A DNA stretch of 63,764 nt, counting the filler, from Actinomycetota bacterium (lineage in GTDB: Bacteria > Actinomycetota > Actinomycetes > JAKEEW01), in assembly GCA_046725875.1 (NCBI GenBank). It is 4 parts of 4 records of this genome, joined end to end, with 100 filler letters (N's around TTAATTAATTAA, not from the genome) between each part and the next. Parts side by side here need not be neighbours in the genome. Positions count along the whole stretch, not along the records: positions 32,078 to 51,127 come from JBKOZJ010000016.1; positions 51,228 to 58,824 come from JBKOZJ010000017.1; positions 58,925 to 63,764 come from JBKOZJ010000023.1; 1 more part is not named here. One strand, given 5' to 3'. The position numbers and the translations under genes are program-made. Below the pieces are notes generated by a model. It ran no database searches. It worked only from the letters and a program-made list of their open reading frames with translations, and was not told the DNA's origin. Below, in pieces: positions 49,707 to 59,317 of this stretch (positions are counted from its first letter, which is position 1; each line of letters starts with the position of its first letter).

Positions 49707-50642
49707 TCATGTCAGTAGCCCGGCGGCCGCCAACACGTCACGCAGCTCGGCCACCTGCTCGTTGGTCGCGTCGATCAGCGGCGAGCGCACCGCTCGTGAC
49801 TCGAGGACGCCGATGAGCTGGAGTGCCGCCTTCGCCATGATCGCACCCTGTGACTTCTTGGTCATGATTGCGGAGACTGCGGGGATCAGCTCCCGGTGCA
49901 ACCGAAGCGCGGTTGCGACGTCGCCTTCACGGTAGGCCTGGACCATCGCCGCGTAGCGGGTCGCGGCCACATGTGCCACGACACTCACCATCCCGACCGC
50001 ACCTACGGACAGCCAGGGCAGGTTGAGCGCGTCGTCGCCGCAGTAGAAGGCGAGGTTCGTGCTCGCGATCACCGTTGAACCGGCAAACAGGTCCGCCTTT
50101 GCGTCCTTTACCGCGACGATCTTGGGGTGGTCGGCAAGCTGCAGAAGGGTAGCGGCCTCGATCGGTGTGCCCGTGCGCCCGGGAATGTCGTACAGCATCA
50201 TCGGCAGTCCGGTCGCGTCGGCCACGGTCCGGAAGTGGCGGACCAGGCCGGCCTGCGGCGGCTTGTTGTAATACGGCGTCACTACGAGCAGGGCGTGTGC
50301 GCCAGCCTTCTCCGCCTGCTCGGCCAGCTCCACGCTGTGGTGCGTGTCGTATGTGCCTACTCCGGCGACGACGCTGGCCCGGTGCCCGACCGCGTCGACA
50401 ACCGCCCGTACGAGCTGTTCTTTCTCCGCATCTGACGTGGTCGGCGACTCGCCGGTGGTTCCGCTCACCACCAAGCCGTCGCACCCGGTGTCGACCAGGT
50501 GGGCGGCGACGCGCTGCGCGGCGGCGAGATCGAGCGACCCGTCCGGGGTGAATGGGGTGACCATGGCGGTTAGTACACGGCCAAAAGGAGCTGGGCTCGA
50601 GGCGGTTGTGTCGGTCCCCGCTGCACTCATAGTCGAAGCCAT
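49707..50642 (-). CDS. dapA: 4-hydroxy-tetrahydrodipicolinate synthase
   Basis: TAMVTPF, GTTGESPT, TPYYNKP, YDIPGRT, AVKDA. Confidence 0.97.
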   Translation of the reverse strand: MASTMSAAGTDTTASSPAPFGRVLTAMVTPFTPDGSLDLAAAQRVAAHLVDTGCDGLVVSGTTGESPTTSDAEKEQLVRAVVDAVGHRASVVAGVGTYDTHHSVELAEQAEKAGAHALLVVTPYYNKPPQAGLVRHFRTVADATGLPMMLYDIPGRTGTPIEAATLLQLADHPKIVAVKDAKADLFAGSTVIASTNLAFYCGDDALNLPWLSVGAVGMVSVVAHVAATRYAAMVQAYREGDVATALRLHRELIPAVSAIMTKKSQGAIMAKAALQLIGVLESRAVRSPLIDATNEQVAELRDVLAAAGLLT

Positions 50643-50729
50643 ACCGGCGAGGCTACTCGTCCGGCCAACTACGGGGGCAGTCCCGGCACGCGTGTGCGCA
50701 CCGGGTCATCACGCACCACGACAAGTGGA

Positions 50730-50769
50730 CCCCGCCGTCGCCCGCTCGGGGGGTCAGGCGACGACGAGG
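50730..50769 (-). ncRNA. Hairpin with a C6 loop in the thyX-dapA spacer (6C-like element)
   Basis: CCTCGTCGTCGCCTG-ACCCCCCGAG-CGGGCGACGGCGGGG; 15-bp stem including G-U pairs. Confidence 0.5.
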
Positions 50770-50931
50770 CCTTACCTAGACATCGTGAAAACAGCAGAAA
50801 GCGTTACACCAAGGGGCGAACAAGTTACCCAGCGGCACCATCCGACCAGGAGGGCGCGACAAGGAACCCACCCGTCGTGACCGGCCGTCCGGATGCTCAG
50901 CCGACCAAAACGCTGGCTATTCAGCGGCCTC

Positions 50932-51126
50932 TTAGGGTGCTACCCGGCCGTACTCCTCGAAGGCGGCGTAGGTCAGGGGCATGAGACGGGCCCACTCGGC
51001 CTCCATCTTCTCGGCCACCATCTCGATCTCCCGCTGCGGATAGGACGGGTAGGCGGCGTTCTCGCGTTTGGTACGCAGCGACAGGAAATTCATCAGCGAC
51101 CGGGCGTTGACCGTGACGTACATCGT
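50932..51126 (-). CDS. thyX: FAD-dependent thymidylate synthase, 3' end
   Basis: TVNARSLMNFLSLRT..SYPQREIEMVAE; upstream of dapA. Confidence 0.9.
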   Translation of the reverse strand, partial: TMYVTVNARSLMNFLSLRTKRENAAYPSYPQREIEMVAEKMEAEWARLMPLTYAAFEEYGRVAP

Positions 51127-51127
51127 C

Positions 51128-51227
51128 NNNNNNNNNNNNNNNNNNNNNNNNNNNNNNNNNNNNNNNNNNNNTTAATTAATTAANNNNNNNNNNNNNNNNN
51201 NNNNNNNNNNNNNNNNNNNNNNNNNNN
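51128..51227. other. Artificial contig linker
   Basis: N44-TTAATTAATTAA-N44. Confidence 0.98.
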
Positions 51228-51449
51228 CCCGGCGCTGGTGGTGAGGTCCAGGTGCACGCGGTTCTTGACCACCTTCCGTTCGGTGACTGGCATAAAGCAC
51301 ATACCGACGGTGGCGTTCTCGTCCGGTCCGATGACGATCTCGCGCTCACGCTCGGACAGAACCTGCCAACCGAGCACTTGGGCCCAGAACCGGGCCAGCC
51401 GGGTTAGGTCGTGAGCGTCAACAACGATGTGGTGGAGCCGAACAGGCAT
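51228..51449 (-). CDS. VOC/glyoxalase-like protein (3' truncated)
   Basis: IVVDAHD..LARFWAQVLGW..KNRVHLDL. Confidence 0.85.
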
Positions 51450-51551
51450 GCGGTAAGTATGCGCGAGCACGCTTCAATGCATCTCGCGCCTACGCTCGCT
51501 AAGCGCCTACGCGCCCACACGTCGTCTTGTCAAGAGATAACGTCACCTTCC

Positions 51552-52076
51552 ATGGCTAAGCGCCTGCCAAAGCCGCCTCAGCGACTCGATGACACGAAGG
51601 CACTGTTCCTGGCGTATCTGGATCAGTACCGGTCGATCATTGTGGACAAGCTTGACGGGATGTCCGACGCGGAGCTCCGTACCAGTCGGCTGCCGTCGGG
51701 CTGGACCCCGATCGAACTGCTCAAGCACCTGATCTTCATGGAGCGCCGCTGGTTGAGATGGGGCTTTGCGGCCGAGCAAGTCGTGGCTCCATGGGGCGAC
51801 AACCGTGATGGCCTTCCGGATGAGGCGTGGTACGTCGGCGCGGATGAGACCGCCGATGAACTGACCGCCGCGCTGCGCAAAGGCGGCGATCAGACCCGGG
51901 CGATTGTGGAGTCTGCAGACTTAACAGCCATCAGTGCCGCCGGCGGCCGGTTTGTCGGCGGCGGCCAGCGGCCAACGCTGAATTGGATCCTGTTCCATGT
52001 ATTCCAGGAATACGCGCGACATGCCGGCCATCTAGACGTCGCCCGCGAACTCTCCGACGGCCGAGTCGGTGAGTAG
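51552..52076 (+). CDS. DinB/DUF664 family protein
   Basis: PSGWTPIELLKHLIFMERRW, HVFQEYARHAGHLDVARELSDG. Confidence 0.9.
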   Translation: MAKRLPKPPQRLDDTKALFLAYLDQYRSIIVDKLDGMSDAELRTSRLPSGWTPIELLKHLIFMERRWLRWGFAAEQVVAPWGDNRDGLPDEAWYVGADETADELTAALRKGGDQTRAIVESADLTAISAAGGRFVGGGQRPTLNWILFHVFQEYARHAGHLDVARELSDGRVGE

Positions 52077-52126
52077 TCCGATCACGATGCGTGCCTCTCG
52101 GCGGCCACTTCGTGGCGGGCCAGGGG

Positions 52127-53125
52127 TTAGATGCGTCGCTGCCAGCTGATGGCTCGCCCGACTACCTCGTAGCCGACGACTTCGTTGATCCTGATCATGT
52201 GTGTGTTCGAGGCAGCGTTCCAGGTGTCGAGCGTACGCAGTTGCGGCTCCTCTTCCGCCAGCCACCGCAACATCCCGATCTTCAAGTACACACCTAGGCG
52301 GCGACCGCGGTGAACGCGCAGCACGCTTGTGTCGTACTGCCACCCGTGCCACGGTCGCTCGTTGTCCACGCCGACCATCGTGTGGCCCGCGAGCTCGCCG
52401 CTGTCACGATGATGGGCGACGAGGCGGTAGAGCCGCCGACCGCGGCCCTTCTGAGCGGCTTCGAAGGCCCGAATCCGGGCAGGTGTGAAGACTTCGTCCT
52501 CGATTTGGAGGTCGTCGGTTGGTGCATCATTGATCGCTTCGGTCATCCGGGCGATCTCACCGAGCATGGCTTCTGGCGTGTCGCCCGGGATCCGCAACAG
52601 CTCGTACGCGGCCGCTCGGCGTTCGGCCTCCGCGTACTGGCGGTCGAGTGGTGCCCAGTCCATGGTCGCAATGTGAAGGCGGCGATTGACCTCCTCGGAG
52701 GCGCGTTCGAGCCCCATCGCGTTGGCGAAACCGATCGCTGGAGTCCGGTCGTATCCATCTATGAGAACCAACCTGCGACCTTCGGCGCGGATCCGCTCGA
52801 CGGCCGCCTGGAAGAGGTCGCGGCCCAGACCGCGGCGCCTTAGGAGCGGGTCCACGGTGATGCTGAGAGATGCGAGATGGGTGTTGTCCCAGCGCGAGAA
52901 GAAGATCTGCGCCAGCCCGGACACCCGGCCGTGATTGTCCCTGGTGAAGGCGCTGAGGCCGCGGTCACCGTCCCATCCGTACCGGAGGTCAGCCGCGAAT
53001 GACGAGACCGTCGGGGAGAGCTCGTGCGGGGAGTCGACGACGCGTGCGGCCTCGAGCAGTGCCACAGCGCCGGCCATGTCGGCGGTGTCGACCTCATCCA
53101 CGTCGAGCCAGGTAGGTTCCACCAA
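52127..53125 (-). CDS. Tandem-domain GNAT acetyltransferase
   Basis: VDPLLRRRGLGR and TSVLRVHRGRRLG motifs; TWNAASNTHMIRINEVVGY. Confidence 0.88.
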   Translation of the reverse strand: MVEPTWLDVDEVDTADMAGAVALLEAARVVDSPHELSPTVSSFAADLRYGWDGDRGLSAFTRDNHGRVSGLAQIFFSRWDNTHLASLSITVDPLLRRRGLGRDLFQAAVERIRAEGRRLVLIDGYDRTPAIGFANAMGLERASEEVNRRLHIATMDWAPLDRQYAEAERRAAAYELLRIPGDTPEAMLGEIARMTEAINDAPTDDLQIEDEVFTPARIRAFEAAQKGRGRRLYRLVAHHRDSGELAGHTMVGVDNERPWHGWQYDTSVLRVHRGRRLGVYLKIGMLRWLAEEEPQLRTLDTWNAASNTHMIRINEVVGYEVVGRAISWQRRI

Positions 53126-53304
53126 TCCATGTAAGCCCAGAGCAGCCTTCTACGCGACCGAATAATCGGGGCGGAGACGCGTCACTGATCCGACGCGTGA
53201 TGCAGGCGCCGGATACCGGCGCCGCCGAACGGTCGGCGCCCAGCGGTCCAACCAACGCCAATTACGGACATCTGCCGGCGCATGCTCGTCCCGGTCCACC
53301 GGAG

Positions 53305-54963
53305 CTAGGGGCTGGGGGCCTCGAACACTTTCTCGCCGGCGACCAGCGTGAGCTGCACCTGGCTATCGAGGAGGACGCTCGGGTCCGTGGTCAGGTCGCC
53401 GTCGACTACGACCAGGTCGGCGAACTTGCCCACCTCGATGGACCCGGTCTCCGCGTCCAGATGGCTGACGTACGCCGAGCCCATCGTGACGGCGTGCAGC
53501 GCCTGTTCGAGGCTGAGCCGCTCTGCTGGGACGAAGACTTCACCCGCCGCACCCGCATGGGGCTCGGTGCGGGTGACCGCAACGTAAAGCAGCTGCAGCG
53601 GATCCGGTGATGACACCGGCCAGTCGCTCCCAAATGCGAGCCGTGCGCCATGCGCTGCTAGCGAACCGAACGGATACTGCCGCGCGGCGCGGGAACCGAG
53701 GAATGGGATCGTGAGATCTACCATCTGCGGGTCGAGGCACGCCCACAGCGGCTGGACCGTGGCACACACGTCCAGCTCGGCGAAGCGCCGGTAGTCGCCA
53801 GGATCGACGACCTGTAGATGGGCCAGGTGGTGGCGCAGGTCGTTTCGCCCGTTAGCGCGTCGGGCAGCGTCGATCGCGTTCAGGGCCTCGCGCACCGCAC
53901 GGTCGCCGAGAGCGTGAAAGTGGATCTGAAAGCCTGCTCCGTCCAGCGTGGTGACATAGCTGTCGAGCGCGGCCGGATCGATGAAGCTCAGCCCGCGATT
54001 GCCGGTCTCGTCACCGTGCTCGTCGAGATAGGGATCCAGCATGGCAGCGGTGAACGTTTCGCACACGCCGTCCTGCATGATCTTCACAGTGTCGCCGCGG
54101 AACCGCCGGCCAGCAGCGTGTGCTTCATTTCGCCGTTCGATGAGACCGGGGATCTGCTCGATACCGCGGTCGCGCTGCCACCAAAGGGCGCCGACAACCC
54201 GCGCCGTCAGCTGGCCATGGCTGTCGAGGTGCCGATAGGTGTCGTACGAATCCACCATGCCGGGCCCGCTCCCGACCCAGGCGTCCTGCCAGGCCGTGAC
54301 GCCCAGACTGTGCAGGTAGGCCTGGGCCACCAGGAGAGCCCGCCGTCGCTCGTCCTCGCCGGGCACCGGAATAAGCTCTTCGACCATGCGCATCGCACTC
54401 TCATGCAGGACGCCGGTCGGCTCGCCGACCTCGCTTCGCTCGATCCGCCCGCCCGGCGGATCGGAGGTATCGGCGGTGATGCCGGATAGGGCGAGGGCGC
54501 GGGAGTTCACCCAGGCGCTGTGGTGGTCACGGTTCGGCAGGAAGACCGGACGGTCGGGCACGATCGGATCCAGTGAGCGCCGCTCTGGAAGGCCGCGGGG
54601 GAACGCGGCCATCGACCAGCCACCGCCCAGAATCCATTCGGCGTTCGGGTTCGCCGCGGCATATTCGCCGATGGTCCGCAGATAGTCGTGGCGCGTGTCA
54701 GCACGCGTCAGGTCGCAGCGGAGACGTTCAAGGCCACCTTGCTGCGCATGCACGTGGGCATCCTGGAAGCCGGGCAGCAGCATCCGACCGCGCAGGTTTA
54801 CGACCTCCGTACGCGGGCCGACTTGCGTACGGATGTGATCGTCGGTACCGACCGCGACGATCCGGCCCTGTCGCACGGCCACCGCTTCCGTGGCCGGGCC
54901 GGCATTGCTGGCGGCGCAGATGCGTCCACCGACGAACACCAGATCTGCATCCCCGCTCGACAC
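53305..54963 (-). CDS. Amidohydrolase 3 (YtcJ-like)
   Basis: PGFQDAHVH, KIMQDG, HFHALGDRA, FGSDWPV, GSIEVGKFADLVV. Confidence 0.93.
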   Translation of the reverse strand: MSSGDADLVFVGGRICAASNAGPATEAVAVRQGRIVAVGTDDHIRTQVGPRTEVVNLRGRMLLPGFQDAHVHAQQGGLERLRCDLTRADTRHDYLRTIGEYAAANPNAEWILGGGWSMAAFPRGLPERRSLDPIVPDRPVFLPNRDHHSAWVNSRALALSGITADTSDPPGGRIERSEVGEPTGVLHESAMRMVEELIPVPGEDERRRALLVAQAYLHSLGVTAWQDAWVGSGPGMVDSYDTYRHLDSHGQLTARVVGALWWQRDRGIEQIPGLIERRNEAHAAGRRFRGDTVKIMQDGVCETFTAAMLDPYLDEHGDETGNRGLSFIDPAALDSYVTTLDGAGFQIHFHALGDRAVREALNAIDAARRANGRNDLRHHLAHLQVVDPGDYRRFAELDVCATVQPLWACLDPQMVDLTIPFLGSRAARQYPFGSLAAHGARLAFGSDWPVSSPDPLQLLYVAVTRTEPHAGAAGEVFVPAERLSLEQALHAVTMGSAYVSHLDAETGSIEVGKFADLVVVDGDLTTDPSVLLDSQVQLTLVAGEKVFEAPSP

Positions 54964-55364
54964 GCCCGCATGCTACGACGGTCGCATCGGTTGTGTTCAC
55001 TCCTTCGAACCTCAGCGCCGCGTCACGGCTGCGGTCTAGCGAAGCAGTGCCGCGCCCTCTGGCTGTCGCCCCGCTCTACAAGCGACCGGTGATGGCCGGG
55101 CGCGCCGATCAGTCGTGATCAACTTCCAACGGCGCATACTGTCACCTGCCGGGACTTCGTTGACTCGCCAGCAGGGGCGGAGGACACTCGGGACTGCTAC
55201 GACGAAGGGGGGACACCGCCTCTCGGCGGGGCAGGTGTACGCAGCCGGTCCGGTATGACGAAGCGCACCGTGCTGCGTGCTGGCAGGGGACCGGCACCGC
55301 TATCCGCGCGCCTCCGCTGGGATTCTCAGGCAGATGTCGCCGCGAATCTCGAAAGGAGCAGCGT

Positions 55365-55850
55365 ATGCGCAAGCTAACGGTGGCAATCGGCCTTGTCGCA
55401 ACGGTGCTGTCGGTCATGGTGGCAGCACCGCCCCCGTCGACCGCAGCGGCGCCGCCGTCGCCCGCCAGTGGAACCGGGACGATCACGAGTACGAGCACAA
55501 CGGTCCTCCGAACGGCCGACGGCAACACCATCGCCGCGAATGGCGACGCGGGAACGGTTGCGGGAAGCCTCACCGGAACATGGGAGACGGAATATTCGGT
55601 GATCGTGCATTCGTCGGGACAGGTGAATGCCGTGCACGGCACGTTCACCTGCAGCTGTTCATTCGAGGGCAGATCCGGTTCGGCCACCTTCCGGTTCGAG
55701 GGCACAGCTTCGCCCGCCGGTCTCCTCGAGCTCAATGCTGAGACCATCGGCGGGACCGGAGGCCTCGCTGGCCTGCACTCGAATCTGACGGTCGAGGTCG
55801 TCTTCGGGACCGGCTTTACCTATTCGGGGACCGCCCGCTTCGCTCCCTAA
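55365..55850 (+). CDS. Secreted beta-rich hypothetical protein (DUF3224-like)
   Basis: RBS AAGGAG, signal peptide, GGTGGLAGLH..YSG. Confidence 0.7.
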   Translation: MRKLTVAIGLVATVLSVMVAAPPPSTAAAPPSPASGTGTITSTSTTVLRTADGNTIAANGDAGTVAGSLTGTWETEYSVIVHSSGQVNAVHGTFTCSCSFEGRSGSATFRFEGTASPAGLLELNAETIGGTGGLAGLHSNLTVEVVFGTGFTYSGTARFAP

Positions 55851-55967
55851 TGGGACGGGAGGGCCAAACGGTGCGATTGAAAGGGCATTCCATGGTGCCG
55901 CTGTCGGTGAGCTCGTGATTGAGGGTTAAGTCCTCGAATGCGCTGAGCACATCTTGGTCCATCGTAG

Positions 55968-57049
55968 TTACGCCCGGGCGACCTTGAGTCCCAGCCAGGC
56001 CGCGAGTGCCTCGATCTCTGCGTCAATATCGGTGCGTATCGCTCTGGTGAAGCGCACGTCTTCGTGCAGGGCGTTGACGGTGAAGGTCCCGGCCTTACGG
56101 TCGGCCTGGCGTCGAGCTTGCCCACGAGCCGGTCGTGGTGCAGCACCGGCAGCGCGAAGTAGCCCCAGCGCCGCTGCGCCGCAGGCTTGTACATCTCGAG
56201 GACATAGTCGAAGTCGAAGAGACTCCTGGTGCGGTCGCGATCGTGGACCAGGCGGTCGAACGGCGATAGCAGCCTCGTTCGACCGGTAAAGGGCCCGCCG
56301 AGTGCGTCAGGGTCCACCCGCCACTCCCCGTCCAGCCCCTCGACCGTCATCGGGACGCCAGCATCCCCCACCGAGATCGATTCACCGGGGAGCACGGCTG
56401 GCCTAGCACGGGCGATGCCGAGCGAGCGTAGCCTTCGCTCCTCGCGGTGCCGCCGGGCCTGGTCGGGCGGAAGGGGCTCGAAGCTCGGGTAGACGCGATC
56501 CGCCACATCCCAAAGCCGTTGCCGTCCGACCCGTCCGGCCACCGCGACCTCTCCATTCGCCGACAGGAACTCCAGCATCTGGGTGACGTTGCGGTTGTTG
56601 GTCCAGCCGGTCGACCCCCACGGGACCCGACCAGTGTCCGGCACGTCCCGCGAGAGCAGTGGCCCGGCGTCGCGGAGGCGGGCGACGACATCGCGCCGGA
56701 AGCCGTCGTTCGCCTCGAGCCACTGCCGGACTTTAGGTTGCGCGAGGTACCTCGTCTCCTCGGGCACGTGAAACGCCACGGCGGTCATCGGCCGGATGAA
56801 GGCACGTAGCTCGAACAGAGTCCGGTCCACCTCCAGTGCGCGGGTCAGGTCGGCAGGTTGGTAGGACGCCCCGAGCCGGCTCCACGCGACGAGATCAGCG
56901 TTCGGCGCGATCGTGGCCGTCGGGTCTACCTGCAGCAAGGTCAGGTGGTCGACGAGCTCGACCAGGCCAGCCGGCCGGCTGCCGTCGAGCAGCTGGGCTC
57001 GCACGGCAAGCTGCCGCGCCTCGTCGCGGTCGAGCCGTCGCACGCCCAT
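55968..57049 (-). pseudogene. AlkZ/YcaQ-like (HTH_42) DNA glycosylase, frameshifted near 56107
   Basis: LQVDPT, WSRLG, LLSPFDRLV, RRWGYFALPVL. After VGKLDA the expected tail ADRKAGTFTVNALHED..LAAWLGL lies in another frame. Confidence 0.85.
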
Positions 57050-57277
57050 GCCCCGAGGTTAGTGGTCGGATGGCGCTTCGAGATCGGCAAGCTGTCGACT
57101 CGCGGATTTCTCGAGATCGCGGCCGTGGTCGCTTCATATGGGCCGCCGGCAAGCCCGCCCATGGCGCAGCCGCGCGATTCCCATATACGCCTTGGGCTGC
57201 CGACGCGTCGAGGACACGATCGAGTGACCCGTGGGACAGTGGTCTGGTACCCACTGGCCGGGGTTGAGCGGAGTGCC

Positions 57278-57844
57278 ATGCCGACGCACGTCGCGCTTTT
57301 GCGCGGGATCAATCTCGCCGGACGAAACAAGATCGCGATGGCCGAGCTGCGGGGGCTGATGTCGGGCCTTGGGCACACCGACGTCGCCACGTACATCCAA
57401 AGCGGCAATGTTGTCTTTAGCGCCACGACCACCGAGACCTCCGCGCTCGCCGCAGGCATCGAGCGAGCGATCTCAGACGCGCTTGGCCTGTCCGTGCGGG
57501 TTGTCGTCCTGTCGCGTGCGGAGCTTGAACAGGTCCTCAAGGACAACCCGTTTCCGGACGAGCCGGATCCCAAGCTCGTTCATGCAATGTTTCTTAACGG
57601 CGAGCCAACGAAGGCGATGCGGGACTTTGTCGCGACCGCCATCCGCGAGGTCGCTGCGCAGGGCAGCCGGGATGCGGCCCAGTTCGTCGGGCGGACGCTC
57701 TATCTCCACACGCCTGACGGCTACGGGCGAAGCGAGTTGGCGGCACGGCTCGCGCGCCCCGGATTCAGCAATGCGGCCGGCGTCGCCGGCACCGCGCGCA
57801 ATTGGGCGACGGTCACCCGCCTACATGCGATGTGCCAATCCTGA
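57278..57844 (+). CDS. DUF1697 family protein
   Basis: VALLRGINLAG, TYIQSGNVVF, NPF, TARNWATV. Confidence 0.92.
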   Translation: MPTHVALLRGINLAGRNKIAMAELRGLMSGLGHTDVATYIQSGNVVFSATTTETSALAAGIERAISDALGLSVRVVVLSRAELEQVLKDNPFPDEPDPKLVHAMFLNGEPTKAMRDFVATAIREVAAQGSRDAAQFVGRTLYLHTPDGYGRSELAARLARPGFSNAAGVAGTARNWATVTRLHAMCQS

Positions 57845-57973
57845 TCCGATGTGGCTGGGGTTGCTGCTGCCCGGCCGGCGGCGGCTCCGTTGCCCTGGCG
57901 CCGAGAGCGTCCCGTCAGGCTCAGCCTGGGGGCCGTCAGCTGCGCGGGGAGCGATCGTGATCTCCTGTGCTGG

Positions 57974-58424
57974 TCAGCCCACAATCGAGGCGACATCGAC
58001 CGCGACTTTGGTGCCGCCGCCCTCGTGCCCGGCTTGACCAAGGGATCGCACCTCGAGCACGTGCGTCGTCGTAAGACTGAGGCTGTTGCGGATGTAGAGC
58101 GGCTGCCGTGCCTCTGCCGCGGACGACCACTGGTTTAGGGTTGCGACGCGAACCCCGTCGAGGTAGATCGCCGACAGACGGAGCGAGGCTGCCCGCGGAC
58201 CAGCGAGAGCCACCGAGCGGCTATGGAAGGTCAGCTGGCCGTATGCCCCGGGCGTGCCGGTCAGCTTGACATAGCCACCCGAGGCGCTTAGCCAAGCTGT
58301 GCGTCTCCAGCCCGTAGACCAGCGCCAGGCCGTGGACGTCTCCTGGGCGAGGTTAACAGCGAACGTCGGTCCATAAGCCCACGCCGAGACGTTGCCGGCC
58401 CAGTCCCAAGCGCGGACGCGGAAG
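57974..58424 (-). pseudogene. C-terminal fragment of a secreted protein (end of an FN3-like domain plus a beta-sandwich tail)
   Basis: FRVRAWDWAGNVSAW..IYLDGVRVATL..THVLEV..VAVDV; no credible 5' end. Confidence 0.65.
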
Positions 58425-58562
58425 GAGGTCGGTGCCCTGCATACCCGATTGGAACGCGACGGCGTGCCGATCGTCGAGCGTGATGATGAACCGCAGCTGG
58501 TCTCGTTCAAGTGTCTCGATACCGACGGTTGGCGGGTGGAGGTGTACTGGGAGCCATCGTGA
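58425..58562 (+). pseudogene. C-terminal fragment of a VOC/glyoxalase protein (absent from the ORF track)
   Basis: EVGALHTRLERDGVPIVERDDEPQLVSFKCLDTDGWRVEVYWEPS*. Confidence 0.75.
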
Positions 58563-58691
58563 CCAGTCGGAATCTCGTTCACGAGCAGTTGTTCCCTGCC
58601 GGGTCCTGATTTGCCACGATGACAATATCGCTGAAGGCAGTGGGTCCGGCTGCGGCCGACCGGGGTCTTCAGGCGTCCCTTCCTCATCTGA

Positions 58692-58823
58692 TCAACTCAG
58701 ATAGGCCAAAGCCCGGTTCATCAGATCGGCCTTGTCCGTGGCGGTGCCGTATGCCTCGAACGGGAAGGCGAGGAAGACGACCTTGTATGCCCCCGCGGTC
58801 ACGATGAGCGCATCGGGCGCGGA
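58692..58823 (-). CDS. C-terminus of a protein truncated by the contig end
   Basis: SAPDALIVTAGAYKVVFLAFPFEAYGTATDKADLMNRALAYLS* with high-GC3 codon use. Confidence 0.6.
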   Translation of the reverse strand, partial: SAPDALIVTAGAYKVVFLAFPFEAYGTATDKADLMNRALAYLS

Positions 58824-58824
58824 C

Positions 58825-58924
58825 NNNNNNNNNNNNNNNNNNNNNNNNNNNNNNNNNNNNNNNNNNNNTTAATTAATTAANNNNNNNNNNNNNNNNNNNN
58901 NNNNNNNNNNNNNNNNNNNNNNNN
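58825..58924. other. Artificial contig linker
   Basis: N44-TTAATTAATTAA-N44. Confidence 0.98.
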
Positions 58925-58925
58925 G

Positions 58926-59159
58926 GTCTTGTCCGAGCCGTGGGACGAGGCCGGCGTGCCACCGAAACGGGTGGCAACCGCCTACCTCGTCTTTGTTGCC
59001 GTCGACGCAGACGGCAAGCCTCGTGACGTACCGCCGGTCGCCCCGGAGACCGACGAGGACCGGCGGCGGTTCGCGGAGGCCGAAATCCGTCGGCAGCATC
59101 GACTTGCTCGCCGGTCGGCGATCCTCCGGTCGCGGGCGACGAAGACCCCGACCGGCTGA
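58926..59159 (+). CDS. Acyl-CoA thioesterase, 3' end
   Basis: VATAYLVFVAVDADGKPRDVPPVAPETDEDRRRFAEAEIRR. Confidence 0.85.
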   Translation, partial: VLSEPWDEAGVPPKRVATAYLVFVAVDADGKPRDVPPVAPETDEDRRRFAEAEIRRQHRLARRSAILRSRATKTPTG

Positions 59160-59317
59160 CGGGGAGCTGAGCCCGAAGTACAGGCCGGCCAATCCACGGT
59201 CCCTATTTCATATGGTTTGCGCGAGCTGCATCTCCTCTTGCCACCGTCCGCCGGCCTGACTAAGGAGCTCGGCGTGGCGTTGTGACTGCTGTGACAATTG
59301 TGATCTAAGTTGACGCT

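Noticed and set aside
31978..58924. Three TTAATTAATTAA palindromes flanked by Ns
   Set aside because: Identical 100-bp artificial contig linkers; not biological, and no linkage can be inferred across them
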